Below, one piece after another: positions 21,701 through 32,300 of a DNA stretch of 64,000 nt; positions within the stretch are counted from its first letter, which is position 1; each line of letters begins with the position of its first letter. The DNA lies in assembly GCA_946965045.2 (NCBI GenBank), contig OX337232.1, positions 2,914,001 to 2,978,000 on the forward strand. The letters are read 5' to 3'. A program made the position numbers and the translations under genes. Under the pieces are notes generated by a model. It was not told the DNA's origin and did no database searches. It saw only the letters and a list, made by a program, of their open reading frames with translations. Origin of the DNA: Epithemia pelagica (Eukaryota; Protista; Bacillariophyta).

Positions 21701-22707
21701 TTATTCACGGGGAATCTTCAAACTGGCGCGAGTTTACTAACTGTGTAGAGGCAATGGAAGAAGAAGCAAGCAAAGGGAACCTCACGAACACCGAGCTCTT
21801 CTTCTTCACCGACAATACTACGGTTGAAAGATCCTTCTACAAAGGTTCTTCCTCCAGTGAGAAGCTCCTGGAACTGATCATCCGACTCCGCCGTCTGGAG
21901 ATGCGCCATTCTTTGCGCCTCCATATCTCCCACGTTTCGGGGAAAAGAATGATAGCTTGGGGAGTCGATGGGCTATCCCGAGGCCAAGTCAATGAGGGAG
22001 TGATGGCCGGAAAACCCATGCTCTCCTTTATACCGCTTCACAAACACCCCCTACAAATGTCTAAACCTCTTTTCCATTGGGTCAAGTCATGGTTAGGCCC
22101 AAAGGCGGAGCTTCTCAACCCGATCGATTGGTTCACCACGGGCCATGACATTCGCGGTTGGACCCTCCCCACTGCCACTCAGAAACTGTCCCTGCCAATA
22201 TTAAGGCCAGGACATTTCATCTGGAGCGCCCCACCTGGGGCAGCAGACGTTGCTATTGAAGAACTGAGGAAAGCAAGGCACAAACGCCAAAAATCAACCC
22301 ATGTCTTCCTGTGTCAACGTCTCTTGACTCCGAGGTGGTATAAACAATTGCACAAAGCGTGCGACCTTGTCATTGAGATTCCCGCAAAAACTTACTTCTG
22401 GCCAAAGGAACATTATGAACCTCTCATCATTGGTTTCGTTTTTCCTTTTATTAGATCCAAACCGTGGCAACTCAGAGGCACACCCAAGATGTTCGCAATG
22501 GAACGGTCTTTGCGAAAACTGTGGGAAGAGGATGAACTGGTTGGACGGGATCTTCTGCGGAAATTTTGTGTACAAGCTTGGAAAATGGGATCCATGTCAC
22601 AACGCATGGTGTCCCGAGTGTTATTCTTCGAACAACGAAACGAAGTTCTACATAGCCTCCCAAGAATCCCTAAAAGAAGACGACGACGAGGACCGAATAA
22701 TCGCTAA
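18703..22707 (+). CDS. ORF2 of the YR element: N-terminal extension, reverse transcriptase and RNase H
   Basis: RT motifs DIRMVYNGT, DMDLGEMFLNFP, GMLPSPY, YMDD (20917-20928); RNase H GDASGAGFG, SSNWREF, FTDN, VDGLSRG. Same frame as ORF1; first ATG only at 18997. Confidence 0.9.
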   Translation, partial: PIGASKLVSVDDVINDSNFDALSASSSVTLWTDRPSTKQPPEAFPTPPRSISCTTKSPQHLVDRGERGFREDLSCLLLGQGSCYWGLSLNPGDWSGVYMLASEYESYRADPFWRHVGEHFKSKLYLVPSIDLVLGRGLISVVLMEGDPDYLQQQLVSVPSDWSVLLLLPSGWTRPVLPGVQWLSITHKQCGGITTARVNVGRRHIVSLYFKLTVRRTISAVLNHSIRPQPCDTTGPPCKHYSDTSLLHTRMVHQPVRVPTTFYKSGWGYRPLTAAELGTAYDLPLWIDPSSPGFDWWYSHLLNPRFVPIKIPSTLLTAALPHLNPVLIHKTCEHAGIKRDPTPLSPVTPKRGRWSPLSQETTKDGQLGTTFPSIKAFLAHSTWLDESLVVAKATKADDAVTPFWLWDQRILGVFPWLSARALNGFRLLGLRWWRRCLFKSFLLYLVERFGHNWGSLRHSAPPSTGGDSFSLPQVCLAGCSVLSQLLSASWWEWDNGSSLVFWRWNGPDQQRHAYLGQPIHVMDDLPHNHRAQRAPADDSIQRVAEKLSKVISRGYFDQGQPIESLTDYFDVPKGPTDIRMVYNGTSSGLNDALWAPNFWLPTAEASLRLLTCDSYCGDMDLGEMFLNFPMDHTLRPYAGVDLRPIKSYLPDGLLSPPSLSKIRWNRLFMGMLPSPYHAVEQFYLAEEVARGSPFEPGNPCGFDSIRFNIPGSADYSPTLPWVMKWNSKSQSIAGDAVTYMDDIRFIGSTAENAWQVARRLASRLQHMGIQDAPRKRRPPSKTPGAWAGSIQQVSETAVSKTVTQEKWDKARTIAQRYTDGFKKSPTPAFSHKQMQRDVGFLVHVAMTFSSLMPFLKGFYLTMNAWRGGRNKDGWKLSSKEWIAHLQPKLSDADVDTLCGFLDEPDEDGTKTSSHDSPPEAPNNKDSPPRTVYPVPRLASDVKAIAAMFDSEHPPVMQVRSASIFVAIYGAGDASGAGFGSAILLPQKSLSYRIGVWRQDVIHGESSNWREFTNCVEAMEEEASKGNLTNTELFFFTDNTTVERSFYKGSSSSEKLLELIIRLRRLEMRHSLRLHISHVSGKRMIAWGVDGLSRGQVNEGVMAGKPMLSFIPLHKHPLQMSKPLFHWVKSWLGPKAELLNPIDWFTTGHDIRGWTLPTATQKLSLPILRPGHFIWSAPPGAADVAIEELRKARHKRQKSTHVFLCQRLLTPRWYKQLHKACDLVIEIPAKTYFWPKEHYEPLIIGFVFPFIRSKPWQLRGTPKMFAMERSLRKLWEEDELVGRDLLRKFCVQAWKMGSMSQRMVSRVLFFEQRNEVLHSLPRIPKRRRRRGPNNR

Positions 22708-24025
22708 GGAGTGGCGAACCAGAACTAAAGACAAAACCAACGATTTCATGGCTGCGCGAAAGGGTGATCACTTAATCACTCCCTTCGAGTGCGACCTTTG
22801 CATCTTCCGAAAGCTCAGAGACTGCAACCCAGATCCTCAATGCGTACAGGACCAATATCTTTGTCATTGCATCAGACGAATGAACCTCGACTCTTTTTGG
22901 AGCCGGGCATCCAGCACCGTCAAGCAAAACCATCTCCATGTACGAAAAATGATAGAGCGATCCTCCAAAGTCGGAATTCCACACGGACCCTTCATCCGTA
23001 CTCATCCTTTTCCCTCCCACGACCATTGTGGGTATCACATAGCCTTTCTCATGCTGGATGCCTCTCTGGATGAGGGACGATATCATAAAGGCCACAAGCA
23101 ATTTGATTCAATCCGAAAAATTCGCTCAGCTTATTCAAACTACGTTCGATCCACACCTTCCACCTTGGCCTTGGGATCCTCCCTTACACTACTTGACAAC
23201 AACGGAAAATCCGCGTCACGGATTGGACAAGATGAAAGCAGTTCCCTGTGGTTTTCTAGATTCGTTGAAGGATGTCGTCGTCGAATGGGGCAAGACTGGA
23301 GGCCTGATCAAGCGCTCACTCCAGAACTTCTTCTAGTGTTACTCGACTTGTTGGAACACAAGATTCTGGGATCCCAAAACAACAATGAAAAGTACTTCAT
23401 GGTCTTGGCCGGCACCTACTTCACCACGTCTTATGTTCTATCCTTACGTGGCCCAGAAGGTCTTTTGCTCGACCTTGAAGGGATATTAAAATTCTCGGAA
23501 TCCCTATCGGACAAAAACGCCATACTGATCTCCTTGTGGGGTCAGTTCAAGGGAGAGCATCTAGAACGAAATCATCTTCTCCCATCCATCAATGTAACCG
23601 CGAGCGGTATCAATATACGCCGTTGGATCAAACGAGCAACCACTCTTTGCCAGAACAATGGACGAATTCGAGGCCCTCTGATGATGCATAAATCCGGAGA
23701 AATCATCACCGCCAGAGAACTTGACGACTTGCTTCACCAACTACTACTCTCGGCCTACAATCTCCACCCCAATCTTTTTCCCTCCACTGCTATTCAAAGC
23801 GAGGTAGACATCCCTTTGAAATACTCCTGTTTTCGATCCTTCCGACGCGGCTCTAACACCCGAGCCAAGGAAATGGGTGTAACTTCACCTGACATCGATG
23901 TTGTCAACCGATGGAGAACTCGGGAAAAAGCTGGCACAAGAAAACCAGGTGGATCCATTGATCAAATGTACACTGACCTTTCCATGTTAGTGGGACCCTT
24001 CCTTCGCTACACTTCAAAAATGTGA
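22367..24025 (+). CDS. ORF3 tyrosine recombinase of the YR element (overlaps the ORF2 3' end)
   Basis: Catalytic-type motifs LSLRGPEG, RSFRRGS, VNRWR, MYTD; Cys-rich N-terminus (CGNF..PCHNAWCPECY, PFECDLC). True start uncertain. Confidence 0.85.
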   Translation: MSLRFPQKLTSGQRNIMNLSSLVSFFLLLDPNRGNSEAHPRCSQWNGLCENCGKRMNWLDGIFCGNFVYKLGKWDPCHNAWCPECYSSNNETKFYIASQESLKEDDDEDRIIAKEWRTRTKDKTNDFMAARKGDHLITPFECDLCIFRKLRDCNPDPQCVQDQYLCHCIRRMNLDSFWSRASSTVKQNHLHVRKMIERSSKVGIPHGPFIRTHPFPSHDHCGYHIAFLMLDASLDEGRYHKGHKQFDSIRKIRSAYSNYVRSTPSTLALGSSLTLLDNNGKSASRIGQDESSSLWFSRFVEGCRRRMGQDWRPDQALTPELLLVLLDLLEHKILGSQNNNEKYFMVLAGTYFTTSYVLSLRGPEGLLLDLEGILKFSESLSDKNAILISLWGQFKGEHLERNHLLPSINVTASGINIRRWIKRATTLCQNNGRIRGPLMMHKSGEIITARELDDLLHQLLLSAYNLHPNLFPSTAIQSEVDIPLKYSCFRSFRRGSNTRAKEMGVTSPDIDVVNRWRTREKAGTRKPGGSIDQMYTDLSMLVGPFLRYTSKM

Positions 24026-24052
24026 CGGAACAAACAAGATTCTCGACAGTGG

Positions 24053-24498
24053 GGGTATTTTGGGGCCAACAGGTTGTCCCGGTGCTGACATGGCAAAGCC
24101 CGGACACCTGCTCCAGGAGCAGAGAGTTCAGTTCAGCGAGAGATGACCGCCTGCATTCCAACGGCGACGATTGCATGGTGCTACCTGATCGTCCCCGGCG
24201 GAACAAATGGAGGAGTCACGGGATTCTCTTGTTTGTTCTAATTCTTTGCTCTACGGATGCGGTCTCCTTCACTTTCTTCGAAAGTGTCGACCCTTGGAGG
24301 TGAAGGGCTTCCCCCTTAACCCCCCACATTACGATACAACTAATCGTTGTCATCGGTTGAATCTAATTCATTAAGTTATATACTTCTGCTCAGTGCTCTA
24401 ACTCTTATCCTGCTGATCCTCACACATCTTCCCTGCATCGTGAGTGAGGAGGAGGAAGGCTAAGCTGTGGGAGTATGAGAAGGTTTCGACGACCGCCC
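24053..24498 (+). repeat. Repeat B1 of the YR element
   Basis: No difference from 25023-25468 seen by eye; abuts A2. Confidence 0.92.
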
Positions 24499-24975
24499 TA
24501 CGAGTACGACCAAGTTATCCTGGGACAAAGGAGAGACGACCAGACAGCCACCAACTTAGACATCAAGATTGTCGGTCTTTCACCTAACGCAAGGCGACCC
24601 ATGGAAGCGAGCGAGTCAACCAGTATAGCCGTTGGAAACGCGGGGCGTCCCACTCGGAACTTACTATTCTAAACCTTGCTCCGATTCGCAATTGGTATAA
24701 GATCTGACTTCTTACACCAAAACCAAGAGTGGGACAATGTCAAAGCATCATGCTGTCAGTTCAACCAAACCAGCGTCCGACAATCCCGAACCTCAATCAC
24801 TAATGTCCCTTCCCTGGCGACCAGCCATTTCCGCCACGGAGGCGTTCCGCGGCTACGTCAGATCACAGAAAAGAGAAAAGAGCCAACTTAGCTCACTCTT
24901 CCAATTCACCACGTTCAGACGGCAAAGGCTTGATCACCTTTGGCGCTGTTCAGGAATTTGTAGAGGAACTTCGGC
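24499..24975 (+). repeat. Repeat A2 of the YR element
   Basis: Copy of 15758-16234. Confidence 0.92.
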
Positions 24976-25022
24976 GCTCCAACTATCACACATAGTTTTT
25001 TCTTTCCCACCCTTCCCGCCCT

Positions 25023-25468
25023 GGGTATTTTGGGGCCAACAGGTTGTCCCGGTGCTGACATGGCAAAGCCCGGACACCTGCTCCAGGAGCAGAGAGTTCA
25101 GTTCAGCGAGAGATGACCGCCTGCATTCCAACGGCGACGATTGCATGGTGCTACCTGATCGTCCCCGGCGGAACAAATGGAGGAGTCACGGGATTCTCTT
25201 GTTTGTTCTAATTCTTTGCTCTACGGATGCGGTCTCCTTCACTTTCTTCGAAAGTGTCGACCCTTGGAGGTGAAGGGCTTCCCCCTTAACCCCCCACATT
25301 ACGATACAACTAATCGTTGTCATCGGTTGAATCTAATTCATTAAGTTATATACTTCTGCTCAGTGCTCTAACTCTTATCCTGCTGATCCTCACACATCTT
25401 CCCTGCATCGTGAGTGAGGAGGAGGAAGGCTAAGCTGTGGGAGTATGAGAAGGTTTCGACGACCGCCC
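25023..25468 (+). repeat. Repeat B2 of the YR element
   Basis: Copy of 24053-24498, separated from A2 by a 47-nt spacer. Confidence 0.92.
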
Positions 25469-26800
25469 AAGGGTACTTAACGGAAGTTGCAGAGGATGTT
25501 GATGCGGAATGCAAAAAGGAGAAGTACCAGACGAGCGAAATGATTCGGAATCGTTCTTGTTGGTGGGATTGCCATTTCCCCTCTTCTTACAACCCACAAT
25601 CCGCTTTTTCCTCAATGCTTTTAGCATGTGTCTAGACACGCCACGCGCTAGAGGTTTCACAGTGAGCCTCCATCTCAATTCTCCAGACGCCACATTGCTG
25701 CTTGAGCATCTTGGACAGTTTTTAGTATGTGTCCTGGACGAGAGAAACCCCTCCTCTTTTCCTAAATACTTAAACGATATCAAGACATAGTCGGACACGC
25801 TGTATTCACAATCCGACTGGCTTTTGTTATCAAAAGGAACCTTCCAGCAGAACCTGCCGCAAGAACAAGACGGTTTGCCATTGTCTTGTTATGGTCTGGG
25901 ATCCGAAAAAGTGGAGGCGGGTCGGATGCAAGGGCTGGGCCATTGTAATAGATGCGAATACCCGTGTACAAACGTGCTACACTGTTATAGTTCAACTCCG
26001 CAACTCTACCCTCTACCGCCGTCCGTGACACTTCGACCTTACTTAAGCCGTACCGCTTCTTTTAACTGCCTCAAGACGCGTCTTGCATGGGAATTTTCAA
26101 AAGTGCTCCCCAAACGCACGCGTCCACGAATCAATCAAGGCACAATCAGTCGTACACTGTGTCGAGGAAGAGTCGAAGCGCCTCCTTTGGCCTTTGGCAC
26201 CATCCAAACGCCTAATAATGGACAACCATAATATATCTGAGCCTCTGTCCATCATCGTCATGTTCTGATTTCTGATGTAGCAGCACATAGAGCTTGTGGC
26301 GCACTCCGATCTTTGGCCAATCTTTAGATATATGGAGGGAGTCCGAGCGCGTGTGGGAGTGTGGTGAGTTGCCCGAACGAACACCACCACGAAATTATGC
26401 GCTTCCAACGTTCCTTTTGTCTCGACTCCCATCCAATCAGCCCACCGACACTTTACGTACCCGTCGTGGCATGGGTTCTGTCTTGTGGTCCCACGAAACG
26501 CGCATGTTCTCACACTCCTTGCTGCTTTGTTACGGAACAAAAGGAAACCAGGGACTTTTTGGACCGTCCAACCGCCTCTTCCAAATAACACAAGATTTTG
26601 ATCGGACGGCAGCAGGAATGGCAGGTGGCAGGGGATTCAAAAAGCTTCTGTCCTCTTCCCCTTCTAGTATCATATTTTACGTTTTGAGGACTTGCAACCA
26701 CACAAAAAATCAAAGGCCTCTCCCATCAAGCTCATTTCCTCCAAACCATTCATTTTTTATTCCTCTCTCTACCAACCAACCACAAGAACAGAATCCTATC

Positions 26801-28321
26801 ATGGCGTCGTCCAGCTCTACCATTCACCATGCCATTGCTTTGAACAACCATGCTGTTTCCTTGTTGCATCTCAAGAATCCTCCGACTGGTGGTGGTCAGC
26901 ACCACAGCCACCACCACCACCAGACAAAGTGCGGCACCCCTCATGCCTTGTCTCGTGCGGCAACGGAATTCAAACAGGCTGTGGTCCTAGTGGAATCCAA
27001 ACTACGCCAAATTTGCAAGGATCGTCATACTTTCAACATTCCCGTACTCCAAGCCTTCCCACAAGTGTCTTCTTCTTCTTCTTCTTCTCACAAGATTCTT
27101 GCAGTGACTCCCCGTTCGGCCAGTGAACCAATCGCTTGGACCAGGAGCCACAACCAATTCGAGGATGATCCCGAACTCTTCCAACGCTTTTTTGTCATTG
27201 AACAACAACAACTGCAACATCCACAGCATGGCAGTGGCAATGGTACCGGAGAACGGGTTCTAGAGGCCATGGACGAAGAGGACCATCATCCAGTCCCAGC
27301 AACACAATGCCGCAACAGTGTTACGAATGCCACGACAGAGTCCACCTCCCAGTTGTCTACCAGTCGACAAGATATTCCTTCTTCTATGGATTGTTCCCCC
27401 AGTCATCCTTATCGTCATCCTCCTCACCACGAGATGGAGGATGCGAATGGAACCTCGACCCGATCCTCCTCCTCCTCCAGCTCTTTTGCTAGGGTTGCTA
27501 CCACGACTACTAGCAGCACTCTCCACCAAGGACTGTGTACCATGGTATGCGGGTCAGATCCTAATGCTCCTATTCAAGAACAAGATTCTTCTTCTTCGTG
27601 TGCCCCTTCTCCTTTTACTGGTACAGCTCCTACATGGAAGGATGATAATGCCTCTCGTACAACAGGCGGTACCAAAACAACAACAAGTTCTTCTTGGAGC
27701 CTTGATTCAACACGGGATTTGGACGAAACCGAAATGAAGAATGCCGCCCTTTGTTTGGGAGTTTCCACCTTTAATTTGGCCTTGTTTCGTCATTTACGGT
27801 ACAAACAACAGCAACGACAACGCATGTGTATTGGCAATCACCACCATCACCACAAGCAAGGCAACCTTCCCCACATTATTGCCACCTTGTACGAATCGGC
27901 CTTTGTGTTGTTGACCCAAGTCGCCGAGGTGCGCATTCAAGATTCGGCGGCCCTCATCTTGTTGGCCATTTGTACCAATCTGTGTGCCTTGTATTATCAA
28001 GACTTGGCCGATTTGGATCAGGTTCGACACTGGAAACAGCAATTGTCTCAAGATCCCTTTGTGTCCAGTCTCCGGTACCATTACATGCACTATCAACAAC
28101 AACGACTAGAACAACAACAACAACAAGCTCTTGTACAAGACGAGAATCAAGGTTTCCGTACCATGATGCTGGACCGTGATGACGAGGACGACTCTGTGGT
28201 TCATTCTCGCAACGACGATAGTACAATACAGAATGACCATGACGATGACGACGACGACATGTTTCGATGCATTCACTTGACGTCTTCCATTCAAGGTTTG
28301 TATGGAGCGCGCGCCGCCTAA
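26801..28321 (+). CDS. Diatom-type TPR-like helical protein with a long low-complexity insert (506 aa)
   Basis: ATG at 26801. AIALNNHAVSLL..AATEFKQAV at the N-terminus and STFNLALFRH..IATLYESAF..ICTNLCALY at the C-terminus form a pattern common in an expanded diatom family. The upstream 169 codons of the listed ORF look non-coding. Confidence 0.65.
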   Translation: MASSSSTIHHAIALNNHAVSLLHLKNPPTGGGQHHSHHHHQTKCGTPHALSRAATEFKQAVVLVESKLRQICKDRHTFNIPVLQAFPQVSSSSSSSHKILAVTPRSASEPIAWTRSHNQFEDDPELFQRFFVIEQQQLQHPQHGSGNGTGERVLEAMDEEDHHPVPATQCRNSVTNATTESTSQLSTSRQDIPSSMDCSPSHPYRHPPHHEMEDANGTSTRSSSSSSSFARVATTTTSSTLHQGLCTMVCGSDPNAPIQEQDSSSSCAPSPFTGTAPTWKDDNASRTTGGTKTTTSSSWSLDSTRDLDETEMKNAALCLGVSTFNLALFRHLRYKQQQRQRMCIGNHHHHHKQGNLPHIIATLYESAFVLLTQVAEVRIQDSAALILLAICTNLCALYYQDLADLDQVRHWKQQLSQDPFVSSLRYHYMHYQQQRLEQQQQQALVQDENQGFRTMMLDRDDEDDSVVHSRNDDSTIQNDHDDDDDDMFRCIHLTSSIQGLYGARAA

Positions 28322-29336
28322 ACGAGCGATGGACCTTCCATCCAGCCCGTTTGTCCTGTACACAAGAAGCATTCTGAAGAATGACAAATAAATGCATCCA
28401 GCCCTTTTGACTTGGAGGACGACCATAACAACAACAACATGATTTTATAGAAAAAGGCGCCGTGAACCCTCCAGGAAGTACTGTATCTTCTTTGCCCCAA
28501 ACCAATCCTGGATTTTACCTACGACTACCGGAACAACCCAAAGGCATACTACATCCGATACGCGTTTAGAGATTCACAAATTAAACCAGAACAAGGCCTG
28601 TATCTACCTACCTAGTTCTCCTAGCACTTGAGCTATATAGTGCTTGCAATCGTGTGGTCCGGGAGGCATAGACCTTACGGCGGGATTAGACTCGAGTCAC
28701 GAAAAACACTAGGGACGGACCAAACCATGGGAATACAACAATTCGAAGGACAACTCCCATCGATGACTCCCGCATAAACAACTCTCTCTTGTTGGGTTGC
28801 GTCTCGTCCAAATGTTTCTAGGAATCTTGTTCTTCACAAACTGAAAGAGCGTGGACGAAACTATAGCCATGGATACCGACGCGGACGACTCCCGCGTTCC
28901 GGCCGGGACTAGGTATACCAATGGACTACCTATACCAAATACCAATAGAGAACTCCCACGGGTTCACAAAAAACGTGCCTTACGGAGAGTCCATCCTACC
29001 TATGTTCTCTGGAGGAGGTTCTTCTAGTCATGCTGTCAATCACCGCGTTGCATCCGTCCTTGTCAAAAAAGCCTATTTTGGTAAAGAAGCAAAGGTTCGA
29101 CTTTTTTCATGACCGAACTCTTTTTTTGGCTAGTCTGATATGGAGTTAGCGATTTCCCTTTCCCATTATTAGAGACACAGGAATGAACAATCTATCCGGA
29201 GCGTTGGTTGGTTGATTCGATTGTATGTTGGTGGTGGCGGTCTATAGTATAGAGCACTTTTAACTTTTAGTTGTACAATTGTGAACGTTCATGACAAGGG
29301 AATTCTTTTAGGAGTAAGGTATTTTTGTATTGCCAA

Positions 29337-32300
29337 TCACGAGTCTTGATCTAGCTTGTTGAGTGTCGACCACTCGGATGCCAGTTGGTCCATCGTGGGT
29401 GAAGTCGTGGCGGGTTTCGAGGAGACGGATGGATACACGGGCAGTTGCGACGACAAGGTTGGACATGTCGACAAGGACGACGATGCTTCCGGATCGCGGT
29501 TCCTGACGGCCCATTCCTGCGCCAGTTGCTGGGAGGCTTGCGCTGGGTTGGCCATGTCCTGTAGTGAGTGAACCTTGGTCGAAGCTACCGTTTCCACAGT
29601 AGAAGAAGACGGCAGCTCCTTGTCCTTATTTCGTGCCATCCAGTCAGCTTGCAAGTGATCCCTTGTGGCCGTTTCGGATGGCGGTTCCAGGTCCGACAAG
29701 AACGAGTTTGAACCGTCAGCTATAGGGTCGCTGTTGGTTGTTGTTCGAGACGAGGAAAAGGCTGGAGTCCAGGATGGTTGAAATAACTCCGCCACGGCAA
29801 CGGGTGCTCTATCTTCTTGTTCCAGACGGATGGTTGGTTGGGTTTCAGGGTTGTTTGGCGAAATTGGTGGAAAAGGAATGTCATTGGTGACTTGCCGTGG
29901 TTCGGGCGATGCCGACGTCCGTTCCTGGTTTCGTTCCGCCCATTGTTGCGCCAATTCTTGAATCGATGGCGATTTGGTCCGAGAGTTGGGCACTGAGTCA
30001 ACGACGGTTTCTCTTGGTTGTGGCGTGCCCGCATCCGTATAGTCCTTGTTCATGGTATCCCATTCTCGAGCCAGATCTTCAATCGATTGGAGTTCTGGTG
30101 GTGGCGGCATGGTGGATGACGGTAATAGGGTTTCCGGCAGTGTTGTTTGGTCCGGGCCAGTAATTTCTTCGTCCTTGTTTCGTAGGGTCCACTCCCTGGC
30201 CAAATCCTCCATACTGGCGACACTGGGTTTTACAGCAGACACGGTGATGGTTTCGTTGACATCACGGTTGCGTTGGGTCCATTCACGAGCCAAATCGTGC
30301 ATCGACTCGGGAGCGACACTGTGCGCCAGTGGTTGTGGTGGAGATGATGGTGACTCGGAGACTGTTGGTCCCATGGAGCTTGTTGTTGTTGGTGGCGGTG
30401 GAGTCGACTCTTGTCGGACGGCTATGGACAACTGCTGTTGTTGCTGCTGGTTTTCTTGCTGTTGTTGCAGCATGGCTGTCGTGGCTTGTTGCGCACGAAG
30501 GGTTTCCAACACGCCCCATCGGGCATGGCCTTGTAACGCCCATTCGGCCACTTTGTAATTCCGCAATTGAAACAAGACATGGGTCGGTGTGGGTGGAGTG
30601 GACAAGCGTTGGGCCCATTGTGTGACAACCTGGTATCGATCCGGTAAGGAGGAGGAGGAGGAGGAGGATTCCTCGGTGGGAGTCGCCGTCCCTGTGGTTC
30701 TGGATGATGATGATGATGACGATAATGATGAGGGAGGAGAAGCGCTATCACCAGAAGAGGCATTGGTGGAGGCTCGCTGCTTCTCTAGGGTCCATTGTTT
30801 GGTGAAATGGGCCAAGAGTGCCACCGATGTTGGATCAATCATGGCGGGTTCCGTGGCCGCGACAGAATTGTTGGAGGGATGGTCCAAAGTAGGTGGATGA
30901 TTTGGGGTGGAGGTGGATTCCATGGTGGGAGTAGGAGTTGGGGAGGAGGAGGATTCCATAGGAGTCGTTACGGCAGGAGAGGCCGTGACACGCCGTGTAT
31001 CGGACCAATCGACGTGGACCGAAGCCAGACTGGTGCGGTCGTTGTTGTGGTTCGTAATATTGTTGTTGTTGTCCATTTGCGGTTTGGGTTGTTCTTGCTC
31101 TTGTTGTGCCCAGATGCGATTGACCATGGCCGCCGCCTTGTCCAGTGAGGACCGTTGTTTGGTTGGGGGAGCGTCGGTGGTTGTCGTGCCATCAGTTTCT
31201 GGATCTTCTTGCGACGAAGACCAAATGGAATCAATCAAGGATGCTGCTTGGTTCAAGGACGATTCCGAAGAAGAGGTCGCACGACGACGACGACGACGAT
31301 TACTATTGTCCGTGACATCTTTGGCATGCATGTAAACCGGTTTTTCATTGGGAGCCACTGGCATGGTGGACATGCGACTGTTTTGGTACAATTGTTGGGC
31401 ATGACGCTTTTGCATCGCTGCCATGAAGGCTCGTTCTTGTTCATGTTGTTGTCGATACTTTCGGAGCAAGGGATGCTGATTGGTAATCTGCTGTTGCTGC
31501 TGGTGGTTGTCGTTGTCGCTGTTTTTGTTGTTGCTGCCATGTTCTCCAGTGGACTGAGAAGGACCCGAACGACCCTCTTGTTGTTGCTGCTGTAGTGTCG
31601 GTGGTGGTGATGATTCCAGGGCCGCGTCCTTGGCCTTGATGTCATTGTTGGCGGTTTTGTCCTTGCTAATGCGCTGGAGTGCTTCTTGGATCAAGGCATC
31701 CTTTCGTTTCGGATTGTCATCATTTGGAAAGGACTTGGAGAATTTGGTGCTTGTTGTGGGTGGTGATGATTGTGGTGGTGAGGAAGAGGAGGTACGGCGA
31801 TTGGTACTGGTGAAAGTGGTGCGATCCGTTTTGGGTTGGGCCGATTGTTCGAGAGCGGTCAATTCTTGTTCCAATTGATCCAATTCTTGTTGAATGCGGG
31901 TCAAACGAGGCAGCGTCGATTTGGCATGGTGATAATACTCTTCCAGACTTGTCGACGACGACGAAGTGGAGGAACTGGTTGCCGTAGTGTCCGGCACTCG
32001 TGGTTGCTGTGATGGTTGTTTTTGTTGTTGTCGCATGACGTGTCGTTTCAAGGTATCCAACATTTGACCAAGTTCGGCCAGTTCGCGATGATTGTTGTGG
32101 TCGTCCGTATGGTCTCCTCCTCGTCTCTTGTGGAGGTGACACTGGGTCGTCGAGCTGCTACAGTAGCGATGAGCACCACCTTTGGACCCTGTGGAGGACG
32201 CTCCAGTGAATGGGCCATGGCTGTGTGTTTTTTGTCGTTGTTGTCGTGCCAAGAAGGAACCACCAGAAATAGGAATGCTCGAGGAAGAGGAACCTCGAAA

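Larger units (their letters stand above)
15758..25468 (+). mobile_element. Ngaro-like tyrosine-recombinase retrotransposon with split direct repeats A1-[gag, RT/RH, YR]-B1-A2-B2
   Basis: 477-bp A repeats (15758-16234 and 24499-24975), 446-bp B repeats (24053-24498 and 25023-25468), RT, RNase H and tyrosine recombinase ORFs, no TSD. Confidence 0.92.

Noticed and set aside
26294-26800. Upstream 169 codons of ORF 26294-28321
   Set aside because: Non-ATG start and UTR-like composition; family similarity begins at the ATG at 26801.
28709-28912. Possible second hAT-like MITE (TAGGGACGG...CCGGGACTA)
   Set aside because: The termini match poorly and there is no flanking duplication.
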